From: Planctomycetota bacterium
Lineage (GTDB): Bacteria; JAJVIF01; JAPKYR01
Direction of reading: 5' to 3'
Assembly: GCA_030614715.1 (NCBI GenBank)
Contig: JAUWTM010000006.1
Coordinates: 1 to 62,403, forward strand
DNA length: 62,403 nucleotides
Position numbers and translations under genes: made by a program. Numbering within the stretch: position 1 is the stretch's first letter; each line of letters opens with the position of its first letter. A model generated the notes under the pieces. It worked only from the letters and a program-made list of their open reading frames with translations, was not told the origin of the DNA and searched no databases. This document shows, piece after piece, positions 36,058-44,723 of the stretch.

Positions 36058-38145
36058 ATGCTACATCGGTTCACCACTGTTATCCTGATCCTGCTGACAG
36101 GATTTATTTTTGCCTGTTCAGGCACCCGGAACCCGGTTCAACCTGAAAATTTACCCGCTTTACCGTCTGGTGCGGCTTTCGAATTCACCCAGGCCGGTGA
36201 AAACACGCTCATTCTCGGAGCCTGGGAGATATACATCGATCCTGAAAACCTGACTGTGGAAGCGATACCGCTGAGGTCGGCAGAACAGCACTTCGATGTG
36301 TCCCCGCTCCTGAAACCACCAAACTGCTACGATTGTTTCCTGGCCAAAAACCTGTCGTTCGATGCCGGAACGAGTATCCTGACAGTTGATATCGGCTTCA
36401 GAAATCCAAGCGGAATCATCGGTTATGACGTACGGGGCATAATTACGTACTTCGGGAACAAGGAATTCCTAAATCCCGACGGTTACACGCTCCTGTTCAG
36501 TCCCGGTCCCCAGCAAATTAATCCGTTTGTCGCCTACGACACCGGTATCGGTAACAGGGAATTCCCGGGACATACCGATCAGTACGAAACCCTGGATATC
36601 TACGTCCCTGATTTCCCACAGATCGCACCGTTCACCTACGTTGTCGAGGCATCGTGGCCCGACAACTGCAAGGAGCCCTACGAAGTAAAACTGGCGGGTA
36701 TTTCCGGCAGTCTTTTCAACGACGGTTCCAACGCACCGCTCCTGCAGGTCTACGCTCGCGACTGGCAGGACGATGTCGCGACTGTCACAGTTGACCTTGG
36801 CCCGATCGGGGGCACAATCACAAGCCTCTCACCGAACGGGTCAATTCCAGACGTGTGGGACGCAGCGATTTCCTGCTCACCGGGAACCCCGACCGGGCAG
36901 TACGAACTGTTGGTAACGGCGGTGACCAGTGAGCCGTTCGACCAGACAGATTCGATGTTCAACTACGTAATGGTCAACGTAACCGATCCACCGGCACCGG
37001 GAACTGAAATTTTCAATCCGCCCGAGCGGGTCGCGACCACTCCGGGTGAGAGTTTCGTATGGCCAAAGCACTCGATAGCAGTAACAAGTGACGATGTCAG
37101 CCATGTGGTCTTCATCGACAACATGCCCGATCCCGAGTCGAATCTCTTCCATGTTTATTATGTAAATAACGATGGTGGTGTATGGAACGCGCCGGTTCAG
37201 ATTGACAAGGGAAACGGATACGCTAATTACGCAACTATCGCTGCCGGACCCGACGACACACTTCACGTTGTCTGGGAGGATGCACGCGATCACGTTCTCG
37301 GAAGCGATATCTACTACGTTTCATCACTGGACGGTTTCCTGGCTGAAAATATTATCGTGACAGGCGATGACGGTTACAGAAACGTCCACCCGAGAATCGT
37401 AGTGGGCAACGACGGCAACCTTCACGTAGCATGGCACTCTCTCGACATGATCGACATCGGCCAGTACGAGTACGATGTCTGGTACATAAAAAAATCAGCA
37501 GGCAATCCGTCGTGGGATCCACCCGTCACGGTTGCCAGCGAAGCTGGTATCGTTGAGGCTTACCCATCGGTGGCTCCCGGACCACTCGGTGCGGCGTATA
37601 TCGCCTACCAGTCGGACACCTCGGGAACCAGCGGTGTCTATTTCAATAAAAACACATCCGGTACGTTCGACAGCGCGGTCACGGTAACGATCAGCGATTC
37701 TTACCAGCCCGCCATGGATGTCGCACCGGACGGCACTATCCTGATCGCGTTCTTCGATTACCTCGACGGAACCTACACCGATATCTACCTGAGAAGTTCC
37801 TTCGACCAGGGAGATACGTGGAGCAGTCCGACTCCGATCAGCAGCAGCCAGGATGCATACCAGTACTCACCCGATGTGGACTGTACTCCGGAGGGCGATT
37901 ACCACGTAAGTTGGCACGAGGAAGATGAGATGGGCCGTCCCGGACGGGTCTATTACAGGGAATTTCTCGCGTCCGACGACTGGCTGGATATTATTGAGCT
38001 TGTCTCTTTCGGCGGAATGGGAGCGTTCCCGAGCATGGACAGCGACGCGGCGGGTCATATCCATGTCACATACATGCTTTATACACTGGCTGAGCCCCCG
38101 GGCCAGAACAACTATGAAATCTGGTACCGTGACAGTGTCCCATAG
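36058..38145 (+). CDS. Modular lipoprotein family member 5 (shortened N-module + BNR/sialidase-like propeller)
   Basis: Lipobox 'IFAC'; 'AIPLR', 'NCYDC', 'GYDVRGI', 'NPDGYT' and 'INPFVAY'; C-terminal 'LHVVW.D', 'HVAW' and Asp-box-like 'SFDQGDTWS'. Confidence 0.88.
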   Translation: MLHRFTTVILILLTGFIFACSGTRNPVQPENLPALPSGAAFEFTQAGENTLILGAWEIYIDPENLTVEAIPLRSAEQHFDVSPLLKPPNCYDCFLAKNLSFDAGTSILTVDIGFRNPSGIIGYDVRGIITYFGNKEFLNPDGYTLLFSPGPQQINPFVAYDTGIGNREFPGHTDQYETLDIYVPDFPQIAPFTYVVEASWPDNCKEPYEVKLAGISGSLFNDGSNAPLLQVYARDWQDDVATVTVDLGPIGGTITSLSPNGSIPDVWDAAISCSPGTPTGQYELLVTAVTSEPFDQTDSMFNYVMVNVTDPPAPGTEIFNPPERVATTPGESFVWPKHSIAVTSDDVSHVVFIDNMPDPESNLFHVYYVNNDGGVWNAPVQIDKGNGYANYATIAAGPDDTLHVVWEDARDHVLGSDIYYVSSLDGFLAENIIVTGDDGYRNVHPRIVVGNDGNLHVAWHSLDMIDIGQYEYDVWYIKKSAGNPSWDPPVTVASEAGIVEAYPSVAPGPLGAAYIAYQSDTSGTSGVYFNKNTSGTFDSAVTVTISDSYQPAMDVAPDGTILIAFFDYLDGTYTDIYLRSSFDQGDTWSSPTPISSSQDAYQYSPDVDCTPEGDYHVSWHEEDEMGRPGRVYYREFLASDDWLDIIELVSFGGMGAFPSMDSDAAGHIHVTYMLYTLAEPPGQNNYEIWYRDSVP

Positions 38146-38181
38146 ACAGTAAATACACGCTCAACAGAAATAAGTACAAAC

Positions 38182-38210
38182 AAACCGCATCCCAGGTGCG
38201 GTTTTTTTTT
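38182..38210 (+). terminator. Rho-independent terminator
   Basis: AAACCGCAT-ccca(g)-GTGCGGTTT followed by a T-run. Confidence 0.8.
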
Positions 38211-38269
38211 CATCCTATTAGGTCCAATAAAGACTAACCAATGGATTCGGTGCGATTTTAATGTGGTAG

Positions 38270-38671
38270 GTGAGTAACAAAATGGCAGTCAGCAAGAAAA
38301 AGAGTGGGAAAAATCTGAAAAAAGGATATATCCTTGGAGGATGTCTGCTTCTGGCGGTCCTCGGATTGTTCCTGCTCTCAACCCCCACGTCACCCGGGCC
38401 AACGCGTGAAGTAAATCAAATGGAGCTGCGTGAAAACCTGCAGCCGGCATCCGACGCGTATATGCTGGCTGAAACCACCGCTGAAAGACAGGCCGCAGCA
38501 CGTGCAATTCGCAGCGTGAAGGAAGGCAGCAGGTCTGTAACCCCCGATACAACCGCCGGTCTGTTCACCATCTTGCGCGGAGTCATCTCGCTAACTATAG
38601 TGGTGCTGTCCTGGCAGATAATCACTCTCGCTTATCCGGTACTGCAACCCCGGAAAGCGAAGATGGTCTAG
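38270..38671 (+). CDS. Hypothetical two-TM membrane protein
   Basis: Basic N-terminus and two hydrophobic segments. It is co-oriented with and 11 bp upstream of rpiB. Confidence 0.65.
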   Translation: MSNKMAVSKKKSGKNLKKGYILGGCLLLAVLGLFLLSTPTSPGPTREVNQMELRENLQPASDAYMLAETTAERQAAARAIRSVKEGSRSVTPDTTAGLFTILRGVISLTIVVLSWQIITLAYPVLQPRKAKMV

Positions 38672-38682
38672 GAGCACCAAAC

Positions 38683-39162
38683 ATGGCAAAGGTCCTTATC
38701 GGCTGCGACCATCGCGGCGTGGATGTGCTTAACAAAATTGTGTCCTGGTGTAAAGTAAACGGACATACACCCGTAAACATGGGTCCGGATTCTACAGCCA
38801 GCGTGGATTATCCCGATTACGCTTTCCCTGTCGTTGAAAAGACGGTCCATTCCCGCGGCCGAAACACGGGCGTTCTCATCTGCGGCTGGGGTAACGGCAT
38901 GGCAATTGCGGCAAACAAGGTTCGCGGTGCAAGGGCGGCACTCTGCACGAGCCGGGTACAGGCGCAATATGCGAGGTCGCACAATAACGCGAATATCCTT
39001 GTACTGTCCGCAGAAGCCACGGGATGGGGCATGATCGAGGAGATTCTCGACGCGTTCATCAACGGGAATTTTGATGGCGGCAGGCACAGGCGTCGAGTGG
39101 AAAAAATTTCCAGCTTCGAACGCGGGGACCACAAAAAAAAGGGTAGATACCGCAGGGGTTGA
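38683..39162 (+). CDS. rpiB: Ribose-5-phosphate isomerase B / RpiB-LacA-LacB family
   Basis: Motifs 'GCDHRG', 'VDYPD', 'ICGWGNGM', 'ANKVRG', 'HNNAN' and 'GGRHRRRV'. Confidence 0.9.
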   Translation: MAKVLIGCDHRGVDVLNKIVSWCKVNGHTPVNMGPDSTASVDYPDYAFPVVEKTVHSRGRNTGVLICGWGNGMAIAANKVRGARAALCTSRVQAQYARSHNNANILVLSAEATGWGMIEEILDAFINGNFDGGRHRRRVEKISSFERGDHKKKGRYRRG

Positions 39163-39174
39163 TCTGGTCCCTTA

Positions 39175-40536
39175 ATGGCCGACCATGCACACATTATCGG
39201 TGCTGGACTTGCCGGAAGCGAAGCGGCACTTGTCGCTGCACGTAACGGGATCAGGGTCCGGCTGTCGGAAATGCGTCCAGAGAAGTCCACACCAGTACAT
39301 GAGTCCGGCGACTGTGCAGAGATCGTATGTTCCAATTCACTCGGCAGCCTGAAAATGAGCACGGCGGGCGGATGTCTCAAGCGCGAACTTGCGCTCCTGT
39401 CCAGTCCGCTCCTGAAAGTCGCGCTTGACACTCGGGTTCCCGCCGGACATGCACTGGCGGTCGACCGAAAGATGTTCGCATCGCGAGTTTCGGAACTGAT
39501 CGAGGCTGAATCCAGCATCGAGCTGGTCCGTGAGGAGATAGAGAGCATAGATCCCCGTCCCGGTACCCCCCCTGCCCTGGTTGCGTCAGGTCCATTGACG
39601 TCGGATATTCTCCTGAGGTCAATCGCACTGCTTCTCGGCGAGGACAACCTGTTTTTTTTGGACGCAATCAGTCCTTCAGTTGCCCATGACAGCATCGACT
39701 TCGATAAGGCATTCTACGGATCGCGATACGAACCGGAGGGCACCGATTACCTTAACTGTCCGTTTACACAGGAGGAATATGAGGGGTTTCATGCAGCGTT
39801 AATCGATGCAGACCGGATCGAGGTAAAGGACTTCGAGCCGGACAAGCTGTTTGAAGGATGCCTGCCTGTGGAAATTCTCGCGGCGCGGGGTGTCGATGCG
39901 CTCAGGTTCGGTCCCATGAAACCTGTCGGTCTGGACGATCCAAAAACGGGCAGGTACGCGTACGCGATCGTGCAGCTTAGGCGCGAGCAGGCCGATACGG
40001 AGTCATGGAATCTCGTTGGTTTCCAGACACGACTGAAATATTCGGAGCAGAAGCGCGTACTTCGAATGATCCCCGGACTTGAAAAAGCCGAGTTTACCCG
40101 CTACGGGAGCATGCATAAAAACGCCTACATCAAATCCCCGTATCTGCTGAACCCGACGCTCCAGATCGATGAATTTCCCAATATCCTGGTGGCGGGATGT
40201 CTTGCGGGTGTCGAAGGTTACGTCGAGGACATCGCGACAGGCCATCTTGCCGGACTGGCGCTTGCAGCACTCGCCAGGGGGGACGAAATCCAATCGCCAC
40301 ACGCTCTCACAATGCACGGATCGCTCGTCCGGGCAATAACGAACTCCGAAAATATCCCGTTTCAGCCGCACGCCGCAACGCTCGGTCTGCTTCCTGAACA
40401 GGAAGTGAGAATCAAGGGAAAGAAGGCCCGACGTGAAGCAAAAGTGAGTCGAAGTCTGGATAGTATTATGGAGTACGTTGAACAACTGAGAAGTAAAGGC
40501 TATACGGTTCCCGATGCAATCGACATCCCGGAATGA
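39175..40536 (+). CDS. trmFO: Folate/FAD-dependent tRNA (uracil-54) methyltransferase TrmFO (Gid)
   Basis: Motifs 'GAGLAGSEAA', 'EIVCSNS', 'GHALAVDR', 'FEGCLPVE', 'FGPMKPVGL', 'VGFQTRL' and 'GVEGY'. Confidence 0.95.
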   Translation: MADHAHIIGAGLAGSEAALVAARNGIRVRLSEMRPEKSTPVHESGDCAEIVCSNSLGSLKMSTAGGCLKRELALLSSPLLKVALDTRVPAGHALAVDRKMFASRVSELIEAESSIELVREEIESIDPRPGTPPALVASGPLTSDILLRSIALLLGEDNLFFLDAISPSVAHDSIDFDKAFYGSRYEPEGTDYLNCPFTQEEYEGFHAALIDADRIEVKDFEPDKLFEGCLPVEILAARGVDALRFGPMKPVGLDDPKTGRYAYAIVQLRREQADTESWNLVGFQTRLKYSEQKRVLRMIPGLEKAEFTRYGSMHKNAYIKSPYLLNPTLQIDEFPNILVAGCLAGVEGYVEDIATGHLAGLALAALARGDEIQSPHALTMHGSLVRAITNSENIPFQPHAATLGLLPEQEVRIKGKKARREAKVSRSLDSIMEYVEQLRSKGYTVPDAIDIPE

Positions 40537-41509
40537 CATTAAACACCCCTGCTCGAATGAACTTGAAAAGTTCCTGGAACACCTCGACGCTGTCGAAGGT
40601 AAGAGCGTCAATACATTAAAAGCATACAAACGAGACCTCACGAACTTACTCAGGTACCTTCACGAAGAGCGTAACCTCCCGGTATCGGCAGGTCCGGAAC
40701 GAATCTTCGAGGACGATATCACCGGATACCTCGAATATCTTGGTAAAAGGCGTGTAAAACGTGAAGGCGGGAAAATTCGAACGGGAAAAATATCGTCTGC
40801 GACTCAGAACAGGTGCCTGAGCGCGATCAAAGCGTTCTTCCGGTTCTGCACTGAATACAAGATTGTCACATCGGACCCCTCATTAGATATTCGAGGTGGA
40901 CGTCAGGATAAAAAACTCCCGGTTTTCCTGACAATCGAGGAAGTTATAAAACTCATCGACTCAATACCGGGAAGCGACCTTGCCGGCTTACGCGACCGTG
41001 CGATTGTTGAATGTCTTTACTCGACAGGACTAAGGGTGTCGGAGCTGGTCAGCCTGGATATCGATGATTTCCCCGATCGCGGCGACACGATGAAGGTCCT
41101 CGGAAAACGGAGCAAGGAGCGCATCGTGTTTCTTGGTGAACCGGCACGCAATGCGGTCGAAGCTTACCTCGATCAGCGATACAGCGAATCAAAAGACATA
41201 ACTGGCGACTCACCTTTGATAACGAATCAACGTGGAGGACGGTTAACCTCCCGCTCGATTCAGCGTGTACTGTCGGATCGATCCAAAAAAGCCCAGCTAA
41301 GGATAATACCCACTCCCCATTCCCTGAGACATTCGTTCGCGACACATCTCGTACAGGGCGGCGCGGACCTTCGGACGGTACAGGAACTGCTCGGACATGC
41401 CCGACTGAGCACGGTTCAAATTTACACACACCTGTCGCTCAAGGATCTCCGGGAACGCTACCTCGACGCGCATCCCCTGGCAACAGCTGAAACAAACGAA
41501 ATTCCGTAG
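40514..41509 (+). CDS. xerC: XerC/XerD-type tyrosine recombinase
   Basis: Motifs 'STGLRVSEL', 'GKRSKER', 'HSLRHSFATH' and 'LLGH...TVQIYTH'. The trmFO-xerC order is a known conserved arrangement; the XerC versus XerD assignment rests on context. Confidence 0.85.
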   Translation: MQSTSRNDIKHPCSNELEKFLEHLDAVEGKSVNTLKAYKRDLTNLLRYLHEERNLPVSAGPERIFEDDITGYLEYLGKRRVKREGGKIRTGKISSATQNRCLSAIKAFFRFCTEYKIVTSDPSLDIRGGRQDKKLPVFLTIEEVIKLIDSIPGSDLAGLRDRAIVECLYSTGLRVSELVSLDIDDFPDRGDTMKVLGKRSKERIVFLGEPARNAVEAYLDQRYSESKDITGDSPLITNQRGGRLTSRSIQRVLSDRSKKAQLRIIPTPHSLRHSFATHLVQGGADLRTVQELLGHARLSTVQIYTHLSLKDLRERYLDAHPLATAETNEIP

Positions 41510-41711
41510 CATGCGCGTCTCGCGCATGATTACCTGTCTCATGCCCGTCCCGGGTATGATTTCTCTCTTAACCTAATACCACTGTCCGCTCTGAATCTGA
41601 ATTACTCGGTCACTTATCGCATCCTGCGCGGACGCGAACAGGTCCCGTCCGGTCTTTTTATGCAGGCATGTGTTAAAATGAATAATAAGTCGTAAACTCA
41701 GGGGGAACGCT

Positions 41712-44654
41712 ATGGCTTCACGTGCGATTTTTATCTCCTGCATCCTGTTAATGTTATTGGTATTGACCATTTCCTGTTCCGGTGGCGATCCGGTCACAGG
41801 TAATTCAGGCATGCCCGACGCAAGTGCAGAACGCACGATGCAGGAGTATGAATCGAATCATTACCTCTGGAACTTCAATCTGGTCTATGTGAATCCCCGG
41901 GAAAATGAGTTCGAAATTATACCGGTACGGCAGGTTGCCGATCATTGGAATATCCTCGGATTCCTCGAGCAGGGACCGTGCACGGACTGCCTGAAAATCA
42001 CTCAGATTCAGCCGTCGGGGAACGGCACGCTGCTTGTGGACATCGAGATCGCTCATCCGTTCGACAACGCCAACCTGACCGGATTCGATGTGCGCGGGAT
42101 AGCGATGTTCTCCGGAAGTCAGGACTTTCCGACATCGGGTTTGAACGTGTCGGACAGGTGGCTTGGCGACGGCGCGCTGGTCAATGCGGACGGATACACT
42201 ACACTCTATAATTTCACGACTGCCGGATCGGGTCCCGGTGGCCTGCAGGGATACATCGAAGGTGAATTAGTAACCGTTACGACGCCAGACGCCCTTTTGA
42301 ACGGCTACAGGCGATTCATTTCCGACGGCAGTGAAAACACGCGAAACGCCTTTTACAGCGGGGATGCGATTGCTGTCACTTACGAGATAAAAATGCCGGA
42401 TGGCCCGTTCGTATTCGGCTACGCTGTCGATGCGTCCTGGATCCCGGCGATAAACCAGCCAGTCGAGGACCCGATGACCGATTTCGGTCCCGAAGCAAAC
42501 TGCCCCGAGGCGTGGAAGATTGCGGTTACAAGCACCTATGCAGGGGATGGTCTTACCGCCAGTGGCGGTACAGCCAAATTGATGGTTGATGTATACGACT
42601 GGCAGGGGAAAGATGATGTGCATCCGATCCTGGTCGAATGTCCGGAGCTGTTCGACGGCACAATTGAAGGGGCATGGGAATCGGACGGCGATGGGTACAC
42701 GCGGTATGAGGCTGAGATCGAGAACGTCAAACTGGCGCCGTCCGGGTTTTACACTTGTCTTGTGAGCAAGGAAGCCCAGGAGAACGATCCGGTCGGCAAA
42801 CCGTGGCTGGACCTGACAGCATACCAGGTGTTCAATATCGAGGTAGGGTGGCCTGCCGATTTCCCCATCGATGTCACACCGCCCTGGCTGAGTTTCTCTC
42901 CATATGATATATGCGTTGAAGGCGACTACGCTTATATAGCTGCCAGTAGAAACGGGATGCTGATATTCGATATTTCCGACCCGGAAAATCCTGTCGGGAT
43001 CAGCCGGATCGATACAACCTGGTATGCCGCAAGAGTCGTAGTATCCGGGAGTTACGCAGTTATCGCGAGCAATCACGTAGGTCATCCTGATTACTCCAAG
43101 CTTGATATCGTCGATATCGATCCTCCGGAATCAGCCCACATCGTCAACACGATCAATTTTTTTGGTTATGTCAGTGGCCTTGCCGTGTCAGGAAGCTCTG
43201 TGTGTTATATCAGGAGGGTTCAAGGTGGGCCGGACCTTTATATTATCGATATCGAACCTCCTGAATCAGCTCAAGTTGTCAAATCGTTCTACATGCCATG
43301 GTCGTCTAGTGGTGATGTAGCAGCATCGGATGGTTATGCATGTGTCCCGACTGAATTTGGAATATGGATAATGGATATCGACCCTCCGGAATCGTCTTAT
43401 GTTGTCTCAACTGTGGATTCGGATATTAACGGGGAGGCTGCGGTTTCGGACGGTTACGCATACGCCACGGACTGGAGTTCGGATCTCCTGATTGTAGATA
43501 TAGACCCGCCTGAATCGACTTACATTGTGGATATAATCGATATGCCGGTTGTGGCTGAAGAAATTGTGGCCGCAGATGGATACTTGTATGGTATCGATGG
43601 GTCCCATTTTCATATCATGGATGTAGTTCCCCCGGCATCGACTTACCTGGTAAATTCGATCGATCTGGCCGGTGAAAATACTAATACGATAGCTGTATCG
43701 GGAGGCTATGCGTATGCCGGTGATAGCATTACAGGGGTTCAGATAATCGATATCGATCCACCGGAATCGGCTTACAGCATTAACGTGTTTGATACGCTCA
43801 GTAATGCCGATGGAGTTGCGTTAGCCGAGGGTTACGCGTATGTCGCGGACGACTACGGGCTTCAGATAGTTGATGTTGACCCTCTGGAATCGGCGTACAT
43901 AGTGAAATCGGTCTATACACCAGGTGGTGCAAATGGGATCGCTGCGTCTTCAGGGTACGCATGTTTAACGATTCCCTCAGGCGAAATTCATCTGATTGAT
44001 ATCGACCCGCCTGAATCGGCTTACATCGTGAATACGGTTGATACGCCCGGTATGGCCTCAGAAGTCGCTATGTCCGGGGATTATGCATATGTCGCCGACA
44101 ATGAGTACGGACTCCAGATAATCGACATTTCTCCACCGGAATCGGCTTACATCGTAAAGACGGTGGATACGCCCGGCAACGCATCCGGTGTCAGGTTGTC
44201 CGGAGAATACGCTTACGTAGCTGATAGAGAATTCGGACTTCAGATAATCGACATTTCCCCACCCGGATCGGCTTACATTCTCCATTCAGTTTATATGCCT
44301 GGCAGCGCCCTGCGAGTTACGGTGACCGGAGAATACGCATACGTCGCGTATGACCTTTCCCAAAATTCAGGATTTAACATAATCGATATCGACCCGCCGG
44401 GACAGGCTTACATTTTCAAAAGTGTCCCTACGAATGATATCAATGCGTTAGCAATATCGGGAGGCTACGCGTACATCGCGGACAGCACGTATAATGAAAG
44501 CGGATTTAAAATTTTTGATATCGATCCGCCGGGATCGGCGTATTATGTTAAATCGTACTCTACACCTGCCGATGTCACGGGGATTGTTGTATCAGATAAT
44601 TACGCATACGTCGCAGGCAACTACTTCGGGCTCAAGATCATTCAGCTCTGGTAG
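41712..44654 (+). CDS. Modular lipoprotein family member 6 (N-module + LVIVD-like beta-propeller repeats)
   Basis: Lipobox 'TISC', N-module motifs and more than 12 repeats of 'GYAYVA...GLQIIDIDPPESAYIV'. Confidence 0.9.
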   Translation: MASRAIFISCILLMLLVLTISCSGGDPVTGNSGMPDASAERTMQEYESNHYLWNFNLVYVNPRENEFEIIPVRQVADHWNILGFLEQGPCTDCLKITQIQPSGNGTLLVDIEIAHPFDNANLTGFDVRGIAMFSGSQDFPTSGLNVSDRWLGDGALVNADGYTTLYNFTTAGSGPGGLQGYIEGELVTVTTPDALLNGYRRFISDGSENTRNAFYSGDAIAVTYEIKMPDGPFVFGYAVDASWIPAINQPVEDPMTDFGPEANCPEAWKIAVTSTYAGDGLTASGGTAKLMVDVYDWQGKDDVHPILVECPELFDGTIEGAWESDGDGYTRYEAEIENVKLAPSGFYTCLVSKEAQENDPVGKPWLDLTAYQVFNIEVGWPADFPIDVTPPWLSFSPYDICVEGDYAYIAASRNGMLIFDISDPENPVGISRIDTTWYAARVVVSGSYAVIASNHVGHPDYSKLDIVDIDPPESAHIVNTINFFGYVSGLAVSGSSVCYIRRVQGGPDLYIIDIEPPESAQVVKSFYMPWSSSGDVAASDGYACVPTEFGIWIMDIDPPESSYVVSTVDSDINGEAAVSDGYAYATDWSSDLLIVDIDPPESTYIVDIIDMPVVAEEIVAADGYLYGIDGSHFHIMDVVPPASTYLVNSIDLAGENTNTIAVSGGYAYAGDSITGVQIIDIDPPESAYSINVFDTLSNADGVALAEGYAYVADDYGLQIVDVDPLESAYIVKSVYTPGGANGIAASSGYACLTIPSGEIHLIDIDPPESAYIVNTVDTPGMASEVAMSGDYAYVADNEYGLQIIDISPPESAYIVKTVDTPGNASGVRLSGEYAYVADREFGLQIIDISPPGSAYILHSVYMPGSALRVTVTGEYAYVAYDLSQNSGFNIIDIDPPGQAYIFKSVPTNDINALAISGGYAYIADSTYNESGFKIFDIDPPGSAYYVKSYSTPADVTGIVVSDNYAYVAGNYFGLKIIQLW

Positions 44655-44723
44655 AGATTCGCGGCGGGTGGCTGCAACAATAGACTAATGAGCTATGGAT
44701 CGAGAATTCAAGGGGGGTACGCT

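Noticed and set aside
40514-41509. Shufflon/invertase or integron integrase driving lipoprotein variation
   Set aside because: It looks like housekeeping XerC overlapping trmFO. I saw no integron-integrase insertion, attC-like sites or inverted crossover repeats within the lipoprotein genes.
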